The translations under genes and the position numbers were made by a program. Below are positions 26,250-33,895 of a DNA stretch of 33,895 bases, piece by piece. The stretch covers positions 1 to 33,895 of the IMG/VR virus record IMGVR_UViG_3300029309_000155, one strand, 5' to 3'. The stretch comes from a virus. Its lineage: Duplodnaviria; Caudoviricetes. The stretch's first letter is position 1, and every line of letters starts with the position of its first letter. Below the pieces are notes generated by a model. The model searched no databases. It was not told the origin of the DNA and worked only from the letters and a program-made list of their open reading frames with translations.

Positions 26250-27486
26250 CTTCTAAAGTTACTAAATCTTTCTTGAAATGACTGAGAGTATAATCTTTCT
26301 TCTTAACAACAGCTTTGTATATTTGTTTTTCAATACCCGTTTTAGAAAAGACCCAATAGATTTTATTATATAACCTATCTTTAGTTGTCATTCTATCTCT
26401 TGACTGCCAATAACTTGTGGCACTGAAATCAATATTATAATATACCAAAGCTTCTGCTTTACGCAAACTAATTCCCTCGCGACCACTGACTATTTGTAAT
26501 GCAATGGAGCGTGGTGTTGTGTTAAACACATCAAGCGTGGTGCAAAGTAAATCGCCATATTCTTCTTTCAATGCACTAAGCTCTGCTTTAAATTTATAAA
26601 ATATAGCAATCTTTTTACCTTCAAATTTTTTACGTATGTACCTGGCTTTCTGATGACAAAGAACCATACTTTCACCGCTCTCAAATTTAATAGTTCCTGA
26701 ACTCATTTGATGTGTTTTAATCATTAGCTTTACTGGAGTGTCAGCAAGTATAACTTCCTGTTCACCCTGCAATACTTTATCCTTTGATAATTTTTTCATC
26801 ATGTCTGTTACGTCAGGACAAATATCCACGTACAAAATTTCTTCATCTGTTTGAACTTTAAAACCAGCTTCTTTCTGAGAATAAGATATCATATACTTAT
26901 TCATAACCTTTAGTATATCTTTATTACCGTTTGAGTAATCGTTGATAGGAAACCCATTAATAATTTTTTTCCTAACAGTTACATAGTTGTTTGCAAACTG
27001 ATAAAAGTTTTTACAATATGCAAAAGGATTTGATGGAATACCAGATACTTGATGATACATTTGACTGTATGATTCAGGTGTTGGTGTGCCTGATAAAAGA
27101 ATTACACGAGGGTGATGTATATCAATAAGTCTTTTTATTTGACCACTTCTTTTGTTTTGTTTTGGATAAGCTCCTATGGTATGAGCTTCATCAATTATGA
27201 GACAGTCATATATTGTCTCATGAGACACTTTATGTAAAGATTCATAGTTAATTACATGTAGTTTAAACGGTGCTTGTAACAAACTCATGTCGTGTTCAAT
27301 ACTTGATATTGCTTTTTTCTTTGTAACAAACAAGACATTGGTTGCGTTTAAACGCTGGCATATACTTAAGCTTGTCAATGTCTTACCTGTTCTAACTTCC
27401 ATTGCCAGATAGACAAACCCGTAGCGTGTTACAATTTCTGCACCCTGTGTTACAATCTGTTTTTGGTATGGTCTAAGTTTTATCAT
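26215..27486 (-). CDS. SNF2-like superfamily 2 helicase
   Basis: LRPYQ (Q motif), RTGKT (Walker A), IIDEAH, LSGTP, GREGISL and QSRDR. Confidence 0.85.
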   Translation of the reverse strand: MIKLRPYQKQIVTQGAEIVTRYGFVYLAMEVRTGKTLTSLSICQRLNATNVLFVTKKKAISSIEHDMSLLQAPFKLHVINYESLHKVSHETIYDCLIIDEAHTIGAYPKQNKRSGQIKRLIDIHHPRVILLSGTPTPESYSQMYHQVSGIPSNPFAYCKNFYQFANNYVTVRKKIINGFPINDYSNGNKDILKVMNKYMISYSQKEAGFKVQTDEEILYVDICPDVTDMMKKLSKDKVLQGEQEVILADTPVKLMIKTHQMSSGTIKFESGESMVLCHQKARYIRKKFEGKKIAIFYKFKAELSALKEEYGDLLCTTLDVFNTTPRSIALQIVSGREGISLRKAEALVYYNIDFSATSYWQSRDRMTTKDRLYNKIYWVFSKTGIEKQIYKAVVKKKDYTLSHFKKDLVTLEDDRAEDTGEGN

Positions 27487-29891
27487 CAGAAAGGAAAATC
27501 TTGTTGTTCATCGAGCTCATGTTTGTGTCTAAATCTAATCCACCTGGCGTGCATATCTCTTCCTTCTTCAGGAGCACAACCATAATGGTATAATGAAAAT
27601 GCTACCAGCCATTTAGAAAATCTAACTCTTGATACACTAAGTCTTGATTTAGGTGCAAAGTCTGGATTGTCCTCAACAAAGTCAGTATACAAATCATTCT
27701 TAGGAACCTTTCCACCAACCTTTAGTTTATCGTGTATAGGATTATCACCTATAACTCCACACCATTCAATAAATTCATGGCATGTTTCAGCTGAGAGCTT
27801 TCTAATTTTTAAATTTACAAACTCACTTTTCATTAATCCTTTCTCTAAGTATAACTGTAAACATTGAATCATATAGTTATCAAACTGACACCACTCCTCA
27901 TCATTCCAATCACCAAACATAAGTTTACCAAACTCTTCCAGGGGAGTGTAATCTTTATTATAATGGTGAGCTAACTCCAGCTCCCACTTACGCCTTTCGA
28001 ATGATGTGCCTTTACCTTTGATAGCATAGTTAGTTGTGATAGTTATCTTTGGTGACTTAGCAAAAGGTATTTTGATTGCGTCCTTATTTTTCTTTTCTAA
28101 TGTTAAACCTTCGGTTACTACTGAAAACAATCTTTCAAAATCAAAATGTTTTTTAACATCATCAAAGCAAAGCACTTGAGTATCAGCACTTACCAGCTGA
28201 TATGCAAATGAACGCTCAAAGTTAAATGACTTACCGTCAATGACTACAACTTTTTTCATGTGACTAAGTCCGTTGACCCATAAACCTTTACCGCTACCAC
28301 CTTCAGGATTATCTGAAATCATTTCATCATTTAATATAACAGCAGGACAATATGCCAGGTTCTTCCAACCATGAAGCATGTAGCCAATCGTTGAGCGCAT
28401 ACTGTTGACACGCTGTGCGTTATTACCACAAATGTTTTGGATAAACTTTTGATAATCACAATCAATGCTTTCACATAAAGCAAAGTCTCTATCAATGACG
28501 TGGTCTTTCCAAACATAACCACCAAGGTCTAAGTAATCAATTTGTTTGATGTTGTTGTATGTAATCTCAACAGCTCCGTTTCTGTAATATAAGTAAGACG
28601 TTTCTTTTTTATCTTCAATAAAGTATACATCAATAGATGAAAGCAATGTCAAGAACTCTTCACGAAAGTATCTTGTATGTTCAGCAAAGTAATTGTAAAC
28701 TGATATATCATCTATCTCTAAAAGATAATTTAGTATATAATCTTTAATTTCTTTTTCAGATGTATGGTCAATCAAATTGTTTGTTACCTTAACAAACACA
28801 TAATTCTTAGAACCTTCAGGACAAAACTTATAAAAACCATTCTCTTCTAAAAAGTTTTTAAAAGATATGTGTACAATTTTGATTACACCTTTTTCATTCT
28901 TTGTCCAGAACTGATGATTACTTTGTTCTTCTTCTAATCTATTGATAACATTCTCAACCAAGTTAGGGTCGAGCTCTGTTAACTGCGTTCTTAATTCTTT
29001 CTTTGAAACACCTCGTTTAAGCTTATGCTTAATCATGTTTACCTTCTCATCATCTTCATAATATTTCGTACCAAAGTTTTGTATCTGTGCGTATGCAGAG
29101 TCAACAGTTCTTTTAATTTCAGAACGTTTAAACGATGTGGTTTCAAAACCTCCAAGCACATACTCTGCTAAAGTTTTGGTGACACCATAATCGTTGAAGG
29201 CCGCGGCCAAAACATAAGCGTTATTATTTCTTTGTCCCTCACTCATTGGAAATTTCTTTTGCCACCACTTAACAAGTATTTCTACTATTTTATTTTCGTC
29301 AGTGATTGGTATAGTTTGTAGGTCAACGTTCTTTATAACCTCAGTGTATTCTTTTTCCTCTTGCTTATCCCAAACACTGGCGTTCTCATTGATATGTATG
29401 AGTGGGTCGTAGCTTTCATAACAAACACGAGATACATTCTTACAAGTCTTGTCAAACTGAGGAGAGTTAAAATGTTTTTCTAAACTATTGAAATAGCTTA
29501 CATGATTGTCTGGTAGTGGAGGTATCTTAATAATCGCTTTCAATCCTTTACCAGAAGGTGATATAAATACCGAGTAAACATAATTGTTTTTGGAGAGTCT
29601 TTCTTTTTCCTGTAATAAATCTCTTTGTGATTCGTAACCGTCAAAGTCTAAACAAATTAAACCACTGTGTTGGCTTAGTGACTTATCATTACGCTTTGTA
29701 AACTTGCCACTAAAACAAATAGCTGGAAGCTTTTGTTTCAATGCGTTTACTTTTTCTTTATCTTTTTCTTCTCTGATTCTCTTTACTAAATCTTTTGAAG
29801 CTCCTTCTTTTATTCTATTTAAAATAACTAAAGCACCCCTATAAAAAGGTTGAGACGTAACTTTTATGTCTTTAAATATTGTTATTTCCAT
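27486..29891 (-). CDS. Primase-helicase (BT4734/VirE-N-like primase domain, PriCT, C-terminal P-loop helicase)
   Basis: KLPAICFSG.F, SGLICLDFD and FISPSGKGLK; GQRNN (PriCT); GGSGKG Walker A and CFDD Walker B. Confidence 0.8.
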   Translation of the reverse strand: MEITIFKDIKVTSQPFYRGALVILNRIKEGASKDLVKRIREEKDKEKVNALKQKLPAICFSGKFTKRNDKSLSQHSGLICLDFDGYESQRDLLQEKERLSKNNYVYSVFISPSGKGLKAIIKIPPLPDNHVSYFNSLEKHFNSPQFDKTCKNVSRVCYESYDPLIHINENASVWDKQEEKEYTEVIKNVDLQTIPITDENKIVEILVKWWQKKFPMSEGQRNNNAYVLAAAFNDYGVTKTLAEYVLGGFETTSFKRSEIKRTVDSAYAQIQNFGTKYYEDDEKVNMIKHKLKRGVSKKELRTQLTELDPNLVENVINRLEEEQSNHQFWTKNEKGVIKIVHISFKNFLEENGFYKFCPEGSKNYVFVKVTNNLIDHTSEKEIKDYILNYLLEIDDISVYNYFAEHTRYFREEFLTLLSSIDVYFIEDKKETSYLYYRNGAVEITYNNIKQIDYLDLGGYVWKDHVIDRDFALCESIDCDYQKFIQNICGNNAQRVNSMRSTIGYMLHGWKNLAYCPAVILNDEMISDNPEGGSGKGLWVNGLSHMKKVVVIDGKSFNFERSFAYQLVSADTQVLCFDDVKKHFDFERLFSVVTEGLTLEKKNKDAIKIPFAKSPKITITTNYAIKGKGTSFERRKWELELAHHYNKDYTPLEEFGKLMFGDWNDEEWCQFDNYMIQCLQLYLEKGLMKSEFVNLKIRKLSAETCHEFIEWCGVIGDNPIHDKLKVGGKVPKNDLYTDFVEDNPDFAPKSRLSVSRVRFSKWLVAFSLYHYGCAPEEGRDMHARWIRFRHKHELDEQQDFPF

Positions 29892-30020
29892 TCTATTATA
29901 TTCTATTTTTTATGACGAGAATGACAAAGTAAACTAATAATATAGATATAGATAAATATAAAATCAAAATTATTTTGTCAATCGTTTTGTTTAATTTGAG
30001 TTTGTCATAATCAACATAAA
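29892..30020. other. AT-rich intergenic region with inverted TGACAAA/TTTGTCA repeats (candidate origin or operator)
   Basis: TGACAAA 29922-29928; TTTGTCA 29974-29980 and 30001-30007; AT-rich spacer; a minus-strand TAATTTTG at 29965-29972. Confidence 0.4.
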
Positions 30021-30056
30021 GAAGGGGGGATAAACCAAACTCACAAAAGCCCCCCT
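30016..30056 (-). terminator. Possible terminator hairpin after the SSB-like gene
   Basis: 7-bp AGGGGGG/CCCCCCT stem, 20-nt loop, then TCTTTAT on the - strand. Confidence 0.4.
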
Positions 30057-30089
30057 AAATTATGCTGTGCCTTACGGCTTCCAAAATTT

Positions 30090-30344
30090 TTAGAATCCCA
30101 AGTCGTCCTTATCGTTTTGAGGCTCAGGCTTCCAAGTGTTTACTTCAACAGAGTGAGTCTTACCATATTCGTCAGTCTCTTTTTTCTTGTTGACTTTGAG
30201 TTTTGTATACCACTTACCTTCGTACTCGAACCTATGTTCTTGTGGAATCTTTGATAAGCAAACAGTAATCTCAACAAGATTGCCGTCAAACTTTTCAACA
30301 CCGCTTCCACAATATAACTTTTCGTTCTTAACTTCTGTACTCAT
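30090..30344 (-). CDS. Putative single-stranded DNA-binding protein
   Basis: 84 aa, beta-rich, acidic-aromatic tail (DKDDLGF); next to the exonuclease and annealase genes. Confidence 0.55.
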   Translation of the reverse strand: MSTEVKNEKLYCGSGVEKFDGNLVEITVCLSKIPQEHRFEYEGKWYTKLKVNKKKETDEYGKTHSVEVNTWKPEPQNDKDDLGF

Positions 30345-30345
30345 A

Positions 30346-30513
30346 TTATTTAATTTTAATATTACGCTCCAAAATATTCACAGCATTTAGAATGGTTGTA
30401 TCCCTTTCCTCTTTGCTCATGTAGATAGTTGGAACTTCTATCCACAATTTTTTATCATCAGTTTTATAACGACGTTTAAACGAGTTATAGAACTTCCGTA
30501 TATATGTAATCAT
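30346..30513 (-). CDS. Small hypothetical protein (55 aa; start revised to MITYIRK)
   Basis: The later ATG at 30513 avoids a 110-nt overlap with the exonuclease gene. Confidence 0.5.
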   Translation of the reverse strand: MITYIRKFYNSFKRRYKTDDKKLWIEVPTIYMSKEERDTTILNAVNILERNIKIK

Positions 30514-31285
30514 CGATGTCGCAAGGCGCATCATTACTAAAAAACTTTTCATATACTTTAATTGCTTTTTTAACATTGTCTTCACCCTTGTCAATAAACT
30601 CTTGACTTGTAGGAAAAACTTTTAATAATCCGTCATTCTTACCTATAGCCACAAACACAAACGGTTTACCAAACAACTCTTGGTATATGTAGGCTTGTGA
30701 GTTATAGCAATAAGCAGAACAAGAATGTCTAAACTTAAATATGTCAGAGCTGGTTTTTAAATCTACGACAGCTCCGTCTGGATAATCCATTATAAAAGTA
30801 CCACCGTCATGTTCTATTTCCAATTCAAAAGGTTCGTTAACCAATACATCACACTTACCTTTGAACATGTGTCCGTGTATTTCTTTTATGTTAGGTACTT
30901 CATACTCAGTCTTATCACCGTAAATCAAATCAAACACCGTCCAGTTACTCAACATCTTATCAACCAGGTTATCTAATGCGTCTTTTTCTTTTGTCAAAAG
31001 AACATCGTACTGGTCAAGCTGTTGCTCAATCTTATACTGTTTAAACGCATTGGTTGTTCTTGATGAGGCATTGAATACTGGTATCGTGTCTATCTTTTCT
31101 GGTTCCAGAATCTTTGTGTGAAAGTATCTACCTTGTAGTAATGGCAAAGTCTTATCTGATTTATTAAAGTCAGTAGGCTTGTAAAGTAGTTGCCTTATAT
31201 TAGAAGCAGATAAAAACTGCTTACCAAACTTCCCATAATATTCTGAATCCTTTTGAAGCTTTTTGAGTATCTTACTTCTGTCCAT
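30485..31285 (-). CDS. PD-(D/E)XK exonuclease (RecE / DUF3799-like)
   Basis: LSAS, G..FH..ILEP, KGKCD, VDLKT and Y..QAYIY motifs. Confidence 0.8.
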   Translation of the reverse strand: MDRSKILKKLQKDSEYYGKFGKQFLSASNIRQLLYKPTDFNKSDKTLPLLQGRYFHTKILEPEKIDTIPVFNASSRTTNAFKQYKIEQQLDQYDVLLTKEKDALDNLVDKMLSNWTVFDLIYGDKTEYEVPNIKEIHGHMFKGKCDVLVNEPFELEIEHDGGTFIMDYPDGAVVDLKTSSDIFKFRHSCSAYCYNSQAYIYQELFGKPFVFVAIGKNDGLLKVFPTSQEFIDKGEDNVKKAIKVYEKFFSNDAPCDIDDYIYTEVL

Positions 31286-31859
31286 TAATAGCTTTCTTGA
31301 GTTTAGTTTTGATAGCTGGAGTTACCTTATACTTTGTTGACAACTGTGCCACAATATAATCCAAACCTTTTTCTTTATTCTTAGCTACATACATCAAGAC
31401 CTTAGCCCATTTGTCTGTAGTTAATTCAAAGGTTTGCTCTTTCTTTTGAACAGGTTTATCTTTCGACTCGTTTAAACGACCCGTGTCTTCCCCTATCCAC
31501 AACGATAAACCAAGTCCGTGCATTGCTATAGCTTTTGCTGTAGCTCTTTGTATTGCATTGTTGACGTCGAACGACGTCATCTTTGTTAGAGCAATAGAAC
31601 GGTTAGCGTTATCTAATACTGGAAGATAATCAATATGTTCAATACCATCAATTACTATCCCAACTTTTACATTAGCAAACTTGCCGTCAGTAAAGTACGG
31701 CATACCTGATTCATTTTCATAAACAATTCTGTTTGCTGTTGGGTACTCTTGTTTGACGTAGTGCCAAGCCCACGCCCAAGACAGGTAATCATACCTACCT
31801 TTTTTTTCTACCTTATCGGCAACTGAGATTGAGCTCAGATTTTTATATACATTTTCCAT
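31272..31859 (-). CDS. Sak-like ssDNA annealing protein (DUF1071)
   Basis: VEKKG...YLSWAWAW, LPVLD and DVN.AIQR..AKAIAMHGLGL..W.GED. Confidence 0.85.
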   Translation of the reverse strand: MENVYKNLSSISVADKVEKKGRYDYLSWAWAWHYVKQEYPTANRIVYENESGMPYFTDGKFANVKVGIVIDGIEHIDYLPVLDNANRSIALTKMTSFDVNNAIQRATAKAIAMHGLGLSLWIGEDTGRLNESKDKPVQKKEQTFELTTDKWAKVLMYVAKNKEKGLDYIVAQLSTKYKVTPAIKTKLKKAINGQK

Positions 31860-31860
31860 A

Positions 31861-32253
31861 TTATAAATTATTAAGTTCTGTTTTTAAATTTGTATACTTA
31901 TTAAGTAAAGTTTCCCTGCGGTTTTTTAAGTTCTGAATATGCTTATCGTTCTTACGAGTATTCAATTCAGTCTTAATTCTTGATTCGATTATTGACAGCT
32001 TATGCAAGCAGTTACTCATGCTAACTTGCGTGCAACCCTTACGCCAGCCGTCTTTATAAAAGAAATCATACTCTTCATCGGAACACTCTTTAAAATAGTC
32101 ACCGCCTTTTCCCATGTTGAGTATTTGTATACCGTCATCAAACTGTTGTATCTTAACACCCCTACCAATAACGCTTACACCTTTCGGTAAAACATTCTTA
32201 ATACTTTTAGGGTCTCCCAAAGCTTGATTCATGATATCCTTGCGTTTAAACAT
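31861..32253 (-). CDS. Hypothetical protein
   Basis: 130 aa; 1-nt spacing to both neighbours; C-terminal coiled coil. Confidence 0.65.
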   Translation of the reverse strand: MFKRKDIMNQALGDPKSIKNVLPKGVSVIGRGVKIQQFDDGIQILNMGKGGDYFKECSDEEYDFFYKDGWRKGCTQVSMSNCLHKLSIIESRIKTELNTRKNDKHIQNLKNRRETLLNKYTNLKTELNNL

Positions 32254-32254
32254 G

Positions 32255-32560
32255 CTATACTTTTAAATTCTGTAGTTCTATTAATTCTACGATAGCCTTG
32301 TAGTCTTCATCTTCAGCTACCATTTTTTTAGCTTTCTTATAGCCATGAATAATAGTGGAGTGAAAAACATCACAGCCATGCTCTGCCATGTACCTTTGTA
32401 TATAAGAAACTCTAATAGGTCTTTCCATACATAAGTAATAAAGCATTTGCCTGGCATCAACCAAGTCTCTTCGTTTATCTTTATTAAACATCTCATCTAA
32501 TTCAAGATGAAATTGTTTAGCAACCGCGTTCGCATACGCTTCAAATATATTTCCTTTCAT
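32255..32560 (-). CDS. Second DnaA domain IV-like HTH protein
   Basis: VAKQFHLELDEM..K.KRRDLVDARQMLYYLC...HSTIIHG matches DnaA domain IV. Confidence 0.8.
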   Translation of the reverse strand: MKGNIFEAYANAVAKQFHLELDEMFNKDKRRDLVDARQMLYYLCMERPIRVSYIQRYMAEHGCDVFHSTIIHGYKKAKKMVAEDEDYKAIVELIELQNLKV

Positions 32561-32883
32561 TATTTAAATTCTTTTAATTTTTGATTCTTTCCCTCAATCA
32601 AGATATCCTTGATTTTGTTTTCTTCTTTCTTTACTTGCACCTTATATAAAATAAGATAACCAATTAAGTCTTGAACAGTATCTTCAGTGAGGTCGTTTAA
32701 ACCCTTCTGCTTTATTCTGCTAAGCTTGTCATCAATACGAGCAAGCAACCCTTCTTTAGGAGATAGCTTACTAAAAATTTGTGGTGGATTATTAGCCGTG
32801 TCACCATAGGCCTTGTTCTTTTCAAGTAGCAGAAGGACAACTTCTTTACCTACCTGTTTAATTAAATCTTCTGTTTTAACCAT
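32560..32883 (-). CDS. DUF1599 / nucleotide-modification-associated domain protein
   Basis: LL.KN..YG, RIDDKLSRI and EDT..DLIGYLIL motifs. Confidence 0.75.
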   Translation of the reverse strand: MVKTEDLIKQVGKEVVLLLLEKNKAYGDTANNPPQIFSKLSPKEGLLARIDDKLSRIKQKGLNDLTEDTVQDLIGYLILYKVQVKKEENKIKDILIEGKNQKLKEFK

Positions 32884-33025
32884 AAATAATTTTTAATGTT
32901 TCATATAAAATAAATGCGAGGACGCAAACAGCCATGAAGCCAATAAGAAATTCCATAAATTTATATTGTGCTTCACGCTGTTTAAACGTTCTACCTTGTC
33001 TATACTTTTTATCTTCTTCAGTCAT
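32876..33025 (-). CDS. 49-aa putative membrane peptide (not in ORF track)
   Basis: MTEEDKKYRQGRTFKQREAQYKFMEFLIGFMAVCVLAFILYETLKIIYG; ATGA-coupled upstream and overlaps the next gene's start by 8 nt. Confidence 0.7.
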   Translation of the reverse strand: MTEEDKKYRQGRTFKQREAQYKFMEFLIGFMAVCVLAFILYETLKIIYG

Positions 33026-33198
33026 ATAAACAAAGGCGGTTCGTCATCGTTCTTACCCCAAGGAATAGGAGGAAGCTCTGGCTTAGGCTTTGGCTTCTCT
33101 TCTTTATCCTCTTCCTTGTCAGTAATTGGAAACAAACTATTAAGAAATTTATCAAACACTTTATCTTGATATTTAAATTCGTTATTATATTTCGCCAT
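33022..33198 (-). CDS. 58-aa Pro-rich protein (not in ORF track)
   Basis: MAKYNNEFKYQDKVFDKFLNSLFPITDKEEDKEEKPKPKPELPPIPWGKNDDEPPLFI; A-rich leader directly behind a full promoter. Confidence 0.7.
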   Translation of the reverse strand: MAKYNNEFKYQDKVFDKFLNSLFPITDKEEDKEEKPKPKPELPPIPWGKNDDEPPLFI

Positions 33199-33219
33199 TT
33201 AATTTAATTTTAATTGTTG

Positions 33220-33251
33220 CAAATTTATACAATCTATTTATATTTTCCAAA
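33220..33251 (-). promoter_or_regulatory. Complete Bacteroidota sigma-A promoter
   Basis: On the - strand: TTTG (33251-33248), 20-nt spacer, TAAATTTG (33227-33220). Confidence 0.8.
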
Positions 33252-33266
33252 CAATTTAGAGACAAA

Positions 33267-33500
33267 TTAATACCAGGGTTTATTTTCAACCGCGTACTCT
33301 CTAACTTGTGAATGTAAATTATCATCAACCCAATCCCAGTAGAAATCTGTTATATCATTTCCGTTTAACCATACTGCTTGTATAGTTAAATCATCTTCGG
33401 GAGGCTGGTAGTAATCACCATTGTCCCAGTAATAAGAATAGTCTACAGTCAACGTGTAGGTTTCTTCTTCTATTGCGTAGGTTCCTTGATACTTACTCAT
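33267..33500 (-). CDS. Acidic aromatic hypothetical protein
   Basis: 77 aa; GDYYQPP...V.LNG.DIT pattern; 8-nt overlap with the upstream gene. Confidence 0.65.
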   Translation of the reverse strand: MSKYQGTYAIEEETYTLTVDYSYYWDNGDYYQPPEDDLTIQAVWLNGNDITDFYWDWVDDNLHSQVREYAVENKPWY

Positions 33501-33894
33501 CTTTTTCGTCTTCTATAGTTTCCTCCATGTAATCAGCATGGGTACAGGCTTCATTATATATATTGGTTGAGTTTTGCTGAACATAATCAACAAAATCATT
33601 GAACCAATCTATTTGTTTTTGAAGACCCCAAGCTTCGTTTAAACGGACTTCGATATCGCATTCATCACGCAACCCTGAGATATGTTTTACTATGTACATA
33701 TCCTTTTCAACGTGGTCTAAAATTTCCTGTATTTGAGAGCAGTCATCACACGCTATCCAACCTTTGCCCCACAGCATGTTAGCTACATTAGATAGTTCAT
33801 TGTAACCAACGAAATGATACGTGCTCATGTATCGTTGGTCTAAGTCTATACTAAGATAGTCTTCGCTTTTGTTTTTAATTTTTGCTTTTGCCAT
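33493..33894 (-). CDS. Hypothetical protein (start at window edge)
   Basis: 133-aa ORF; upstream context is not visible. Confidence 0.6.
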   Translation of the reverse strand: MAKAKIKNKSEDYLSIDLDQRYMSTYHFVGYNELSNVANMLWGKGWIACDDCSQIQEILDHVEKDMYIVKHISGLRDECDIEVRLNEAWGLQKQIDWFNDFVDYVQQNSTNIYNEACTHADYMEETIEDEKDE

Positions 33895-33895
33895 A

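Noticed and set aside
30438-30446. CTATCCACA, a near match to the DnaA box
   Set aside because: A single one-mismatch site inside a coding region; expected by chance.
32966-33169. 67-aa + strand ORF in the track
   Set aside because: Antisense to two better-supported - strand genes that have a promoter and translational coupling.
1-33895. tRNA, CRISPR array, integrase, intron/intein, reverse transcriptase/DGR or stop-codon reassignment
   Set aside because: None seen by eye. Genes tile densely in the standard code and leave almost no unexplained non-coding space.

Overview
An AT-rich segment of a tailed dsDNA phage genome, read in the standard genetic code. The host is probably Bacteroidota (Flavobacteriia-like), because TAnnTTTG sigma-A promoter elements lie in the intergenic gaps and start codons have A-rich, SD-less contexts. 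The + strand (1-24.9 kb) is a podovirus-type virion module in crAss-like order. It runs: portal C-terminus, an inserted PAP2/haloperoxidase-family phosphatase, acidic scaffold-like protein, major capsid protein, head-tail/ring proteins, a tail stabilisation (P22 gp10-like) protein apparently split over two genes around a Cys-rich fibre-like gene, a cupin, and three putative ejection/cargo proteins (281, 718, 2201 aa). The - strand (24.8-33.9 kb) is an early/replication module: two stand-alone DnaA domain IV-like proteins, VRR-NUC nuclease, SNF2-like helicase, primase-helicase, SSB-like protein, PD-(D/E)XK exonuclease, Sak-like annealase, DUF1599-like protein and small ORFs. The most striking signal is hidden coding inside the 2201-aa gene. 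Three short basic ORFs sit in its +1 frame, all missed by the ORF track: a 54-aa 'MPFRSQAQRRWM...' protein, a 47-aa ORF with a good initiation context, and a frame that opens exactly at an A10 slippage tract. All family assignments come from motifs and synteny read by eye; no searches were run.
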